From a bacterium (GTDB lineage Bacteria; UBA8248): DNA of 64,000 nucleotides. Numbering within the stretch: position 1 is the first letter of the stretch; every line of letters begins with the position of its first letter. Position numbers and translations under genes: made by a program. Location of the stretch: the NCBI GenBank assembly GCA_965213625.1, contig CBDBZU010000004.1, positions 2,624,001-2,688,000 on the forward strand, read 5' to 3'. The notes beneath the pieces were generated by a model. It saw nothing but the letters and a program-made list of their open reading frames with translations, ran no database searches and was not told where the DNA came from. Of the stretch, positions 1 through 8,818 are shown in pieces.

Positions 1-197
1 CTTCTAAGTAGTATATAATTCCGTTTATACCGTCTCTACGGGAGAAACGGAAATCTCTGTACTCTGAAATCTTGCGGTGGGGAGGATGTCATGGCTGCAA
101 AGCCACAGGTGGTATTGCTGGTTGGGAATGAAAGCGTCGTTACCGTGGACCCGCTACGGCGGGCTTTCCCGGCCGCTCGGACGGGGAGGAGACCCTT

Positions 198-1331
198 ATG
201 ACGCGCATCGCCACTACCCACGTCGGGTCGCTTCCGCGAAGCAAGCGGGCGCTCGATTTTCTCTTCGCCCGCGATCGGGGCGAGTCCTACGACCCGGCCG
301 ACTTCGCCGCCTGCATGGCGGAAGAGTGCGCGGAGACGGTTCGCCGGCAGGTCGAAGCCGGGGTCGATATCGTCTCCGACGGCGAGACGTCCAAGATTTC
401 CTACACCACCTAAGTCAAGAACCGCTATACCGGCTTCTCCGGCCAGAGCGAGCGGGCCGTGCCGGGGGATCTCAAGCTCTTCCCGCGCTATCTCGAACGC
501 CTCGCACGCGAGGGTGGGACGCCGAAGCTCGTCCGTCCGCAATGCACCGGGCCGGTAGCGCCGGAGGACGACGCCGATCTCAGGGCCGACATCGGAAATT
601 TCAAGAACGCGGTGGCGGCGCATGGCGCTAAGCGCGGCTTCCTGAACGCGGCGTCGCCCGGCGTCATTGCGCTGTTCATGCCGAACGCCTACTACCCCAC
701 TCGTGAGGCCTACCTGGAAGCCCTCGCCGACGCAATGAAGGCGGAGTACGACGCGATTTTGGCGGCGGGCTTCGACCTGCAGCTCGACTGTCCGGACTTA
801 GGCCTCGCGCGCCATGTGCTGTACGAGGATTGCTCGGACGACGAGTTCGGCAAGATCGCGGCGGCGAACGTCGAGGTACTGAACCACGCGCTGCGCGATG
901 CCGACCCGGCGCAGGTGCGGGTCCACATCTGCTGGGGGAACTATGAGGGGCCACACGTGTGCGACGTAGCACTTGACCACGTGTTTTCCGCCTTGATGTC
1001 GGTCCGCGCCCGCTACATCCTGTTCGAGAACGCGAATCCGCGGCACGAACACGAATGGACCGTATTCCGCGACCGGCTGGACGAGATACCCGAGGAGACG
1101 ATTCTCGTGCCCGGAGTCATCGACACGACAAGCAACTTCGTGGAGCATCCCGAACTCATCGCGCAGCGGATCGGGCGCTTCGTGGAGATGATGGGTCCGG
1201 AGCGGGTCGTTGCCGGAACCGACTGCGGGTTCGGGACGTTCGCCGGATTCGGTACGGTCGATCCCGACATCGTATACGTCAAGCTCGCGGCGTTGGCCGA
1301 GGGCGCCGCCATCGCGTCCGGGAGAATATGA
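198..1331 (+). pseudogene. Cobalamin-independent methionine synthase II family (catalytic-domain-only), interrupted by in-frame TAA at 411-413
   Basis: ORFs 198..413 and 459..1331 are in the same frame and join as ...SKISYTT*VKNRYTGFSG. N-terminal TTHVGSLPR and VSDGE motifs, Zn ligands in HICWGN, ILFE and DCG. SD GGAGGAG upstream. Confidence 0.85.
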
Positions 1332-1469
1332 GGCTCGTCGTAACTGGAAGACGTAGCAGGAAGTCCCCCTTCAGGTGAAACTGAAAGAAGAGAACAGCGG
1401 ATTCGATGACAGGGGGACATTAAAAAGTCCTTGCGGTTTGGTCGTATTTCCACTATGGGGGCCGCATAT

Positions 1470-1487
1470 GGGGTTGTTGAAAAAGCC
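1470..1487 (+). mobile_element. Orphan IS1182-type terminal repeat
   Basis: GGGGTTGTTGAAAAAGCC matches 17/18 to the tnp-start-side end of the IS at 51844-53363 and is the exact reverse complement of 53503-53520. Confidence 0.55.
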
Positions 1488-1537
1488 CTGATTTCGTGGT
1501 TCTGCGTATGATTCCGACCGAGGAGGGGGGATCCGTA

Positions 1538-1563
1538 TAGGGACAGGCCCCTGTGCCTGTCCG
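1538..1563. repeat. REP-like palindrome (GGACAGGC...GCCTGTCC family)
   Basis: TAGGGACAGGCCCCTGTGCCTGTCCG; related copies at 35581-35602 and 53551-53576. Confidence 0.65.
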
Positions 1564-1622
1564 ATGTCGAGATCTTGTCCCATTCACAATAACGGCCCAT
1601 TACAAGTCTGTGCGGTTTTGTT

Positions 1623-1650
1623 CGTCATTCCGGCTTTTGCCGGAATGACG
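1623..1650. repeat. Palindromic repeat (GTCATTCCGGC...GCCGGAATGAC family)
   Basis: Perfect 12-bp stem CGTCATTCCGGC-TTTT-GCCGGAATGACG; related copy at 35635-35660. Confidence 0.7.
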
Positions 1651-1722
1651 GCGGTGGTAAGTTCCGACAGCCTTATTTGTCCACCTCTTTTGACTATATT
1701 TAGTTCGATAAGGAGAGAGTCT

Positions 1723-1998
1723 ATGGGGTTATCCAGCCGAATCAAGCCAACCAGTTATCTCAAGGCCCACGCCTCGGAAATCATGCGAACGCTTCGTGAC
1801 GAGCGGGAGCCCCTAATCGTCACCCAGAACGGCGAAGCCAAGGCGGTCGTGCAGGATATCGAAACCTACGAGCAGATGCAGGAGACTATGGCGCTGCTCA
1901 AGATACTCGCGCTTGGCAATCGTCAGATCGAAGCGGGTCGGGTGCGGCCCGCCGCCGATCACATCGCGAAGCTGCGGGAGCGGCGACAGATTCCCTGA
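1723..1998 (+). CDS. Phd/YefM-family type II antitoxin (orphan)
   Basis: IKPTSYLKAHASEIM...PLIVTQNGEAKAVVQDIETYE signature; SD AGGAG before ATG 1723. Confidence 0.85.
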   Translation: MGLSSRIKPTSYLKAHASEIMRTLRDEREPLIVTQNGEAKAVVQDIETYEQMQETMALLKILALGNRQIEAGRVRPAADHIAKLRERRQIP

Positions 1999-2020
1999 CG
2001 CCCCTCTCGGTTCAGTTGGC

Positions 2021-3403
2021 CTATGACGCGCCGCGCGGGACGAACCGGCCGTAGCCCGGCTCTTGTATGAGCTCCCCGTCCCGGAGGAGCGGCTTCCCGC
2101 GCAGGAGGCTGAGTTCCAGACGGCCGCTGAGCTCCCATCCCTCGAAGAGTGAGTAATCGGAATTCGTGTGCTGCCCCGCCGCCCTCACGGTTGAGCGTCC
2201 CTCGGGGTCGATCACGACGAGGTCGGCGTCCGATCCGACTTGAAGCGTTCCTTTCTGCGGATAGAGACCCAGCGTGCGCGCCGGATTCTCGCTCGTGAGC
2301 TGTACGAGGCGCTCGGCCGAAATCCGCCCGCCAGCGACGCCTTCGCTGTAGAGAACGGGGAGCAAGGTCTCGATGCCGGGTGCGCCGAAAGGAGCCTCGG
2401 TGAAGGGAGGGTCGTTCTTCTGCGCCTGGGTGTAGGGGGCGTGATCGCTCCCGATGAGGCTGATCCATCCCTCCTGGATGCCCTTCCACAGAGCGGAAAT
2501 GTCGGCTTTCTCGCGCAGCGGAGGCGCCACCTTGGCGGGAGCTCCCATCTCCCGCACGGCCTCCCCGGTGAGAGTCAGGTACTGCGGGCAGGTTTCCACG
2601 ACGATGTCCTTTCCGGCCGCCAGGCCGCGCCGCGCCTCATCGAGAGCCAGCTCCGCCGTGAGATGAACGATGTAAAGCGGGCAGCCCGCGAGATCGGCGA
2701 GGTGGATCGATTTTGCGACCGATGAGGCCTCGAGCTCCGGCGGGCGCGAGTATTCCTGGAAATCGGCGCCGTCCATTCCGGCGTCGAAAGCCTTGTTCTC
2801 CAGGTAGTCGATGACAGGACCGTTTTCGGCGTGGACGAGCACGGTGCCCCCATGGCGACCCACGATATCGAGCGCTGCGTAGAAGTATTCGTCCGGTATG
2901 CAGCGGCCGCGGCCCCGCTTCTTGTAGCCCATCATGACCTTGAAGGTCGTGACGCCGCCCTCGATGGCTTTTGGTATTTCGGCGAGGTATTCGAAGTCCT
3001 CGAATATCCAGGCGTGCAGCGAGAAGTCGATAACGCTCCCGGCTTCGCCCTCCTCGCGGCAACGCTGCAGCGTGGTGAGCATGGTCTCGTTCTCCTCACC
3101 CGTGGCGAAAGCGACCATGGTCGTAACTCCGCCGTGCGCGGCGCTTCGCGCAACGTCCGAGATGGAATCGATGTGGTTCGAATACGCCCGGAAGTGGACG
3201 TGGGGGTCGATGACGCCCGGGAGAACGAGCTTGCCCGGAACCTCCAGTACATCGGCGGCTGCAGGCATACTTTCCGGTGCGCCCACACAGGCGATTTTGC
3301 CGTCTCGAACCCCGAGTGCAGCCTCCTGCCTCCCGTGGCCTGTTACGACCGTGCCGCCCGTAACGAGAAGGTCGAGTGGTTTCTGGTGGGAACTATCTGT
3401 CAT
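2021..3403 (-). CDS. Cyclic amidohydrolase (dihydropyrimidinase/allantoinase-like)
   Basis: PGVIDPHVHF, GGVTT, carboxy-Lys in TFKVMM, HAEN, ETCPQYL and SDHAP motifs; start placed at ATG 3403 after GGAGG. Confidence 0.85.
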   Translation of the reverse strand: MTDSSHQKPLDLLVTGGTVVTGHGRQEAALGVRDGKIACVGAPESMPAAADVLEVPGKLVLPGVIDPHVHFRAYSNHIDSISDVARSAAHGGVTTMVAFATGEENETMLTTLQRCREEGEAGSVIDFSLHAWIFEDFEYLAEIPKAIEGGVTTFKVMMGYKKRGRGRCIPDEYFYAALDIVGRHGGTVLVHAENGPVIDYLENKAFDAGMDGADFQEYSRPPELEASSVAKSIHLADLAGCPLYIVHLTAELALDEARRGLAAGKDIVVETCPQYLTLTGEAVREMGAPAKVAPPLREKADISALWKGIQEGWISLIGSDHAPYTQAQKNDPPFTEAPFGAPGIETLLPVLYSEGVAGGRISAERLVQLTSENPARTLGLYPQKGTLQVGSDADLVVIDPEGRSTVRAAGQHTNSDYSLFEGWELSGRLELSLLRGKPLLRDGELIQEPGYGRFVPRGAS

Positions 3404-3558
3404 GAAAACCTCCCTTGCGGACAGCCGCCGACGCCGGAACAAGCAGTCGGTTCACGCCGGCTCCGCCTGTTGTGAAATGGCCCGGCAACGAAACGATTAT
3501 CGAATTTTGATGCTTTAGCTGAATAATAAGGAGAATACCATAAAACCCCGGCGCATCC

Positions 3559-3801
3559 TCATCCCCCCACGATGGGCGGGAACACGCAAAGCTCGGAGCC
3601 TGCGGGTATCACGACCGATTTCTTCGCGTGCCGTCCGTCGAGGAGGACGATATAGGCTTCCTCATATGGTATTTCGAAGCGGTCGAGCACGTCGTACACG
3701 CTCGCGTCCTCCGGCAGCGTGATTTCGGCCACGCCCTCCGCATCCTGCTCAGCGGGCATCTTCTCCGCGAAATCCGCGAATAATTTTATGCGGACCTTCA
3801 T
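3559..3801 (-). CDS. MoaD/ThiS-family ubiquitin-like sulfur carrier
   Basis: 80 aa, N-terminal MKVRIKLFA, C-terminal FPPIVGG di-glycine; SD GAGGAG. Confidence 0.88.
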   Translation of the reverse strand: MKVRIKLFADFAEKMPAEQDAEGVAEITLPEDASVYDVLDRFEIPYEEAYIVLLDGRHAKKSVVIPAGSELCVFPPIVGG

Positions 3802-3870
3802 GGGTGACTCCTCAACTCTTTCTGAGCGGGCTTGCACCGCGCCACTCGCATTACCCGCCAAGACGTATCT

Positions 3871-5112
3871 TCATGACCCGCTTCCAAGCATTTCCCTCGC
3901 GCGCGCGAGGGCCGCCTCGAGCACCCCCTTGAGAGGTACTCCGCTTTCTTCCGCAAGCCGCCTGCAGTCCTCGTATTCGGGCGCGAGGTTCGTGAGCTTG
4001 CCCTCGAAGGTTCCTGTTTTGACGCGCACCCGGCCCCAGGGGAGTTCGACCTCCACCCACGCGCGCTCGGCCACCGCGCGCGCCGTCGTGCGATGGCGAA
4101 CGCCCAGGGTCGATGTTTCCCGGAACAGGAAGCGGGTGAGGGCATCTTGTTTCGCGAGGGGACTCAAAATCGTGAGCAGTTGCGCGGGCCTTCCCTTCTT
4201 GCCCGTTACGGGAATGGAGAACGCATCGAGTGCGCCCGTTTTAAGCGCTCCTTCGATAATATGCGGGAATAACTCGGGGCTCATGTCGTCGATGTTGGCC
4301 TCGAGCACGGCGATGGTGGTGGGCGGCCCTTCGCCTTCTGTGCTCGCTGCGCTCTCTCCCAGAAATGCGCGAACCACGTTGGGCGTGTCCGGCTGGTCCT
4401 TGTCGCCCGCGCCGTAGCCCACCCGCTCTATCGTCATCTCGGGCATGGGGCCGAAAAACGCCGCGCTCTCTCCGAGCAGCAAGGCCCCCGTGGGCGTCAG
4501 CACCTCGCCCTCGAGGTTGCTCTGCGCCACGGGTATGCCTTCGAGCAGCTTGGCTGTCGCAGGAGCGGGTACGGGCATCCGCCCATGCGCGCACTGCACG
4601 AACCCGCTTCCCACGGGCGGGGGAGAGGCCGCGACCCGCTCGACGCCCAGCATGTGGAGCCCCAGAAAATAGCCCGTAACGTCGATGATCGAATCCACCG
4701 CGCCGACTTCGTGGAAATGAATCTCGTCGAGCCCGACGCCGTGGATGCCCGCCTCCACGACGCCCAGGCGGTGAAACGCGGAGATGGCGCGGTCCTTGGG
4801 AGCCTCCGGGATCGGCGCTTTTTCGAGCATTTCCCGAATTTGGCGGTAGGAGCGGCCATGATGAGCCGCGCCGTGGGAATGTCCCTCTTCGTGATGATGA
4901 TGGTGGTGCGTTTCGTGGGTGATGTTCACTCTGAACTTAGAAGACGTAACTCCTTGTTTTAGGACGCTATCATTAGATATCGAATAGCCCTCAACCCCCA
5001 GCTTCTCAAGCTCAGCTTCGAGGGCTGTGAAATCAAGCCCCAAATCCAGCAAAGCACCCACGAGCATGTCGCCCGCTGCACCCGCAAAGCAGTCGAAATA
5101 GATCGTCTTCAT
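3871..5112 (-). CDS. larC: Nickel pincer cofactor nickel-insertion protein LarC
   Basis: YFDCFAGAAGDM, His-rich linker, HFHEVGAVDSI, CAHG-x-x-PVPAPAT, MKKGRP-like TGKKGRP, ETSTLGVR, PEYEDC. Full length in one frame; overlaps the larB stop. Confidence 0.95.
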   Translation of the reverse strand: MKTIYFDCFAGAAGDMLVGALLDLGLDFTALEAELEKLGVEGYSISNDSVLKQGVTSSKFRVNITHETHHHHHHEEGHSHGAAHHGRSYRQIREMLEKAPIPEAPKDRAISAFHRLGVVEAGIHGVGLDEIHFHEVGAVDSIIDVTGYFLGLHMLGVERVAASPPPVGSGFVQCAHGRMPVPAPATAKLLEGIPVAQSNLEGEVLTPTGALLLGESAAFFGPMPEMTIERVGYGAGDKDQPDTPNVVRAFLGESAASTEGEGPPTTIAVLEANIDDMSPELFPHIIEGALKTGALDAFSIPVTGKKGRPAQLLTILSPLAKQDALTRFLFRETSTLGVRHRTTARAVAERAWVEVELPWGRVRVKTGTFEGKLTNLAPEYEDCRRLAEESGVPLKGVLEAALARAREMLGSGS

Positions 5113-5867
5113 AAGGCAGCCGTCTGCTGGTTGATGAGGTGCGCCTGGTACGCAGCGCCGAAGCCGTTGTCGATGTTCACCACGCTCAAGCCGGAAGCGC
5201 ATGAGTTCAGCATGGCGAACAGCGCCGTCAGTCCACCCAGATTCGCGCCGTAGCCCACGGACGTAGGCACCGCGATGACGGGGCAGGCCACCAGACCGGC
5301 GACCACCGAGGGCAGGGCGCCTTCCATCCCCGCCACGGCGATAATGACGTTCGCCTCGCGCAAAGTTTTCACCTCCGCCAGGAGGCGGTGCAGGCCCGCC
5401 ACGCCCACGTCGTAGACGCGAGTCACCTCAGAACCCAGGATGCGCGCGGTCACCGCCGCCTCCTCGGCCACGGGCATATCGGAGGTGCCCGCACAAACGA
5501 CCGCGACCGAGCCCACGGGAGCGGGCGGATTCTCGCACGGGATTTCGACGATGCGGGCGGTTTCGTGGTGATTCGTGCGGGGAGAGAGCTCCAGCAAGGC
5601 TTGCGCCTGGTCCGCGCCAGCGTGCGTCACCAGGACCGTCTGGTCTTGCGCCATCAGACTCCTTGCGATTTCGACGACTTGTTCTCTGGTTTTTCCCGCG
5701 CCGAAGACGACCTCGGGAAAGCCGTTTCTGAGTGCGCGATGGTGGTCCACCCGGGTATGCCCCAGGTCCTCGAAGGGCAGGTCCCGAAGGCGCGCGGCGG
5801 CGTCATCGGGCGCGAGACGGCCCTGCTTCACCTGCTCGAGCAGATCGAGAATGAGTTCGGGGTTCAC
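5109..5867 (-). CDS. larB: Nickel pincer cofactor carboxylase/hydrolase LarB
   Basis: DHHRALR-GFPEVVF, AGTSD, DVGVAG, AGMEGALPS, VPTSVGYG, NSCASG, NIDNGFGA. Confidence 0.95.
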   Translation of the reverse strand: MNPELILDLLEQVKQGRLAPDDAAARLRDLPFEDLGHTRVDHHRALRNGFPEVVFGAGKTREQVVEIARSLMAQDQTVLVTHAGADQAQALLELSPRTNHHETARIVEIPCENPPAPVGSVAVVCAGTSDMPVAEEAAVTARILGSEVTRVYDVGVAGLHRLLAEVKTLREANVIIAVAGMEGALPSVVAGLVACPVIAVPTSVGYGANLGGLTALFAMLNSCASGLSVVNIDNGFGAAYQAHLINQQTAAL

Positions 5868-6712
5868 GAGAGAATGAGGAGATCGGGTTTGCGATCGGTA
5901 TTGAGCACTTCGTTCATGCTCCCCGAACGGAATCCTTCCAGGTCGATGGTCACGTAGGTGAAGCCGGCCCTTTTCATGCGGGCGATCACTTGCCTGGATG
6001 TCTCCTCATCGACCAGCCGCGCGATGTCGGCCTTTGGCACTTCGATTCTGGCAACGTCGCCGTGGTGGCGAACCCGCAACTGTCTGAAGCCCAGCTCCCG
6101 CAAGCCGCTTTCCGCCTTTTCGACTTGTGCGATTTTCTCGGGCGTGATGCGGTCTCCATACGGGAAACGGCTCGAGAGGCAAGCCTGCGCCGGCTTGTCC
6201 CATGTGGGGAGTCCGAACGATTGGGATAGGGTGCGGATGTCCTCTTTCGTCATACCTACTTCCATGAGCGGGCTCCGTACGCCCAGCTCCCGCGCCGCCT
6301 GCATGCCGGGGCGGTGATCGCCCACGTCGTCGGCGTTCGAACCATCGACGATGACGGCCATCTCCTCCTCCGTAGCCACGCGGCTCAAGACGGAGTAAAG
6401 CTCGTTCTTGCAGAAATAACAGCGGTTCGGCGGGTTGTTCCCAAAAGATTCATCCGCAATCTCGTCGGTGTCGATAATGATGTGGCGAATACCGATTTGC
6501 GTTGCGAGCGTGCCCGATTCTTCGAGTTCGGATGCGGCCAGGGTGACGGAGCGGCCCGTGACGGCGAGCGCACCTGCTCCCAGCACCTCATGGGCCACCT
6601 TGGCGAGAAAGGTGCTGTCCACGCCCGCCGAGAAGGCGACCAGAACGCTCCCCATCTCTTCGAGGGTTTGTTCGAGTTTTTTCAGTTTCACGTCCGGCTT
6701 CGCATCGCTCAA
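5864..6712 (-). CDS. larE: ATP-dependent sulfur transferase LarE (CxxC...C type)
   Basis: PP-loop AFSAGVDS, RCYFCK, DGSNADD-x-x-DHRPG, CLSSRFPYG, GFRSGSMN. Confidence 0.95.
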   Translation of the reverse strand: MSDAKPDVKLKKLEQTLEEMGSVLVAFSAGVDSTFLAKVAHEVLGAGALAVTGRSVTLAASELEESGTLATQIGIRHIIIDTDEIADESFGNNPPNRCYFCKNELYSVLSRVATEEEMAVIVDGSNADDVGDHRPGMQAARELGVRSPLMEVGMTKEDIRTLSQSFGLPTWDKPAQACLSSRFPYGDRITPEKIAQVEKAESGLRELGFRQLRVRHHGDVARIEVPKADIARLVDEETSRQVIARMKRAGFTYVTIDLEGFRSGSMNEVLNTDRKPDLLILS

Positions 6713-6946
6713 GATGAGTCTCCGTTAAGCGGTTGATCCGCCATATTCTAGCCCGTCCCGCTCACCGAGGGCAATGCATCGACTTTCCGGGTGTTATGTC
6801 GTATGACGATATCCGGTTCCTTCGTATGGAGTATACATCAGCACGCCCGTCGGGGAGGGTGTGGTCAAATCGCTTTGAATAGTCTATATGTTCGCCGTTC
6901 TGGGGGTTCAGGACGATGACGAGGATGACAACGAGAGGATAAGGCT

Positions 6947-8035
6947 TTGAACGTGGAAGAGCTGCTGAGAAAAGGCGTCTCATCGCTTAAGGCTTATGTT
7001 CCGGGGCGCTCTATCGAGGAGGTGGCCGCCGAGTACGGGCTGAGCGAAGTTATAAAGCTTGCCAGCAACGAGAATGCGCTCGGCCCCGCGCCCGGCGCGA
7101 TGGATGCGATTCGCGGCGCGCTCGATGGCCTGCACCGCTATCCCGACGGCGGGGCGAAAACGCTTGCGGGCCGCCTGGCGCAAAAACTGGGTGTCTCCCA
7201 GTCGCAGGTATTCCTGGGAAACGGGGGCGACGACGTTCTTTCCGTCATGAGCAGGACGTTCCTGAACGACGGCGACGAGGTGGTGATACCCCAGCCGACC
7301 TTCAGCCCCTATGCGCACGTGAGCCGGGTGATGGGTGCGCGAGTCGTCTTCTCACCCCTCCGTGACATGCGAGTCGATTTGGACGATGTTCTCGACAAAA
7401 TATCCGTGCGCACGAAAATCATCTTCCTCTGTTCGCCGAACAACCCCACGGGCGGGATTCTGACGGAGGAGCAACTCGTCTCCTTTCTCGAAAAATTACC
7501 CGAGGGCCTTCTCGTACTCCTGGATGAGGCTTATGGCGATTTCGCTGACGATCCGGCGTATCCCGACAGCGCATCTCTTGTCGGTCACTTCCCGCTGGTT
7601 GTCCTGCGTTCGTTCTCGAAAATCTACGGCCTTGCTGGACTGCGCGTGGGATTCGCCCTGAGCCGAGAGGGCGTCGTCGAATACATGAACCGAGTCCGCG
7701 AGCCTTTCAACGTAAACCAGCTCGCGCAGGCGGCGGCCCTGGCCGCGCTTGAAGACGACGACTACAAGGAGCGCGCCGTCGCGCTGGTGCGGGAGGGAAG
7801 GGAAGCGCTCTATGCGGCGTTTTCGGAGATGGAACTCGAATACATGGAGAGTCAGGCCAATTTCATCTTTGTGCGCGTGGACGACGGCGATGCCGCGATG
7901 GATGCCCTGATGCGTGAGGGCGTCATTGTTCGTCCCGGCAGCGCATTCGGGCATCCCGAATGGATTCGCGTGACCGTCGGACTCGAAACGGAAAACGGAC
8001 GCTTCCTATCGAAACTCAAGGAATTTCTCGCCTGA
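6947..8035 (+). CDS. hisC: Histidinol-phosphate aminotransferase
   Basis: KLASNEN, RYPD, GNGGDD, PNNPTG, DEAY, RSFSKIYGLAGLRVG. Confidence 0.9.
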   Translation: MNVEELLRKGVSSLKAYVPGRSIEEVAAEYGLSEVIKLASNENALGPAPGAMDAIRGALDGLHRYPDGGAKTLAGRLAQKLGVSQSQVFLGNGGDDVLSVMSRTFLNDGDEVVIPQPTFSPYAHVSRVMGARVVFSPLRDMRVDLDDVLDKISVRTKIIFLCSPNNPTGGILTEEQLVSFLEKLPEGLLVLLDEAYGDFADDPAYPDSASLVGHFPLVVLRSFSKIYGLAGLRVGFALSREGVVEYMNRVREPFNVNQLAQAAALAALEDDDYKERAVALVREGREALYAAFSEMELEYMESQANFIFVRVDDGDAAMDALMREGVIVRPGSAFGHPEWIRVTVGLETENGRFLSKLKEFLA

Positions 8036-8085
8036 AACCGTTGCGTGATTCGCTCATGCAGAATCCAGAGGCGTCTTCGAAAGCG

Positions 8086-8122
8086 AAAACCCCGACGCCA
8101 GAATGTCCAGCGTCGGGGTTTT
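8086..8122. terminator. Bidirectional intrinsic terminator between convergent hisC and hup
   Basis: AAAACCCCGACGC...GCGTCGGGGTTTT. Confidence 0.7.
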
Positions 8123-8278
8123 GGGCCAGATAATTGCTTCTTACTGGATGAATACCTACTGTTAATCAGATGATTTGAAAAGCGGGACTACATTACGTTT
8201 AAATCTATCGTTGCTTGGAATCATTCAACGAATAATAATCGTGTGATTCCCGAATCAGACGCCTTCAAAAGCCGGCGT

Positions 8279-8554
8279 TTATTTGTTCACCGCGTCCTTG
8301 AGGCTCTTGCCTGCGGAGAACTTGGGCGCCTTACTCGCCTTGATCGAGATTGTCTCACCCGTTTGCGGGTTGCGACCCGTTCGTGCCGATCGCTTGGAAA
8401 CGGAAAAAGTTCCGAATCCGACCAGGGAAACGCGGTCACCTTTCTTCAGCGCTTGCGTAACGGAATCAAGCAGGGACTTCAGGGCGCGGTCCGCCGCCGC
8501 TTTCGAGATGCCTGCGTCCCCGGCAATTTTATCTACGAGCTCGGATTTCTGCAT
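8279..8554 (-). CDS. hup: DNA-binding protein HU
   Basis: [41 protein letters not shown]. Confidence 0.95.
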   Translation of the reverse strand: MQKSELVDKIAGDAGISKAAADRALKSLLDSVTQALKKGDRVSLVGFGTFSVSKRSARTGRNPQTGETISIKASKAPKFSAGKSLKDAVNK

Positions 8555-8818
8555 ATGGGTCTCCCTTCCATGTCCGACTACCGGCTTGATAGAAACGATG
8601 TATTTCACGAGGATATTCAATCTATCGTAGCCGTGTGGAGAGGTCAATAGATAACATGACGGAGTGCAGGATTTTTTCTTAAACAGACGCGCATTGATTC
8701 TTGTAAGTAGCTTTTTTTCAAAGGCTTGGAAAGTTAAAAAATCTTTATCAAATTTTTACAGAGAATGGGGCCTTATCTCGGTTATTTCGTGTCACATTTG
8801 CTGAGGGGGCGCTAAGTA

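Noticed and set aside
1-197. SAM or cobalamin riboswitch ahead of the methionine synthase gene
   Set aside because: Only one simple hairpin (about 19-53) and no recognisable aptamer consensus. An Rfam scan would settle it.
3871-5112. Programmed frameshift in larC as in Lactobacillus larC1/larC2
   Set aside because: Both domains lie in one continuous frame.
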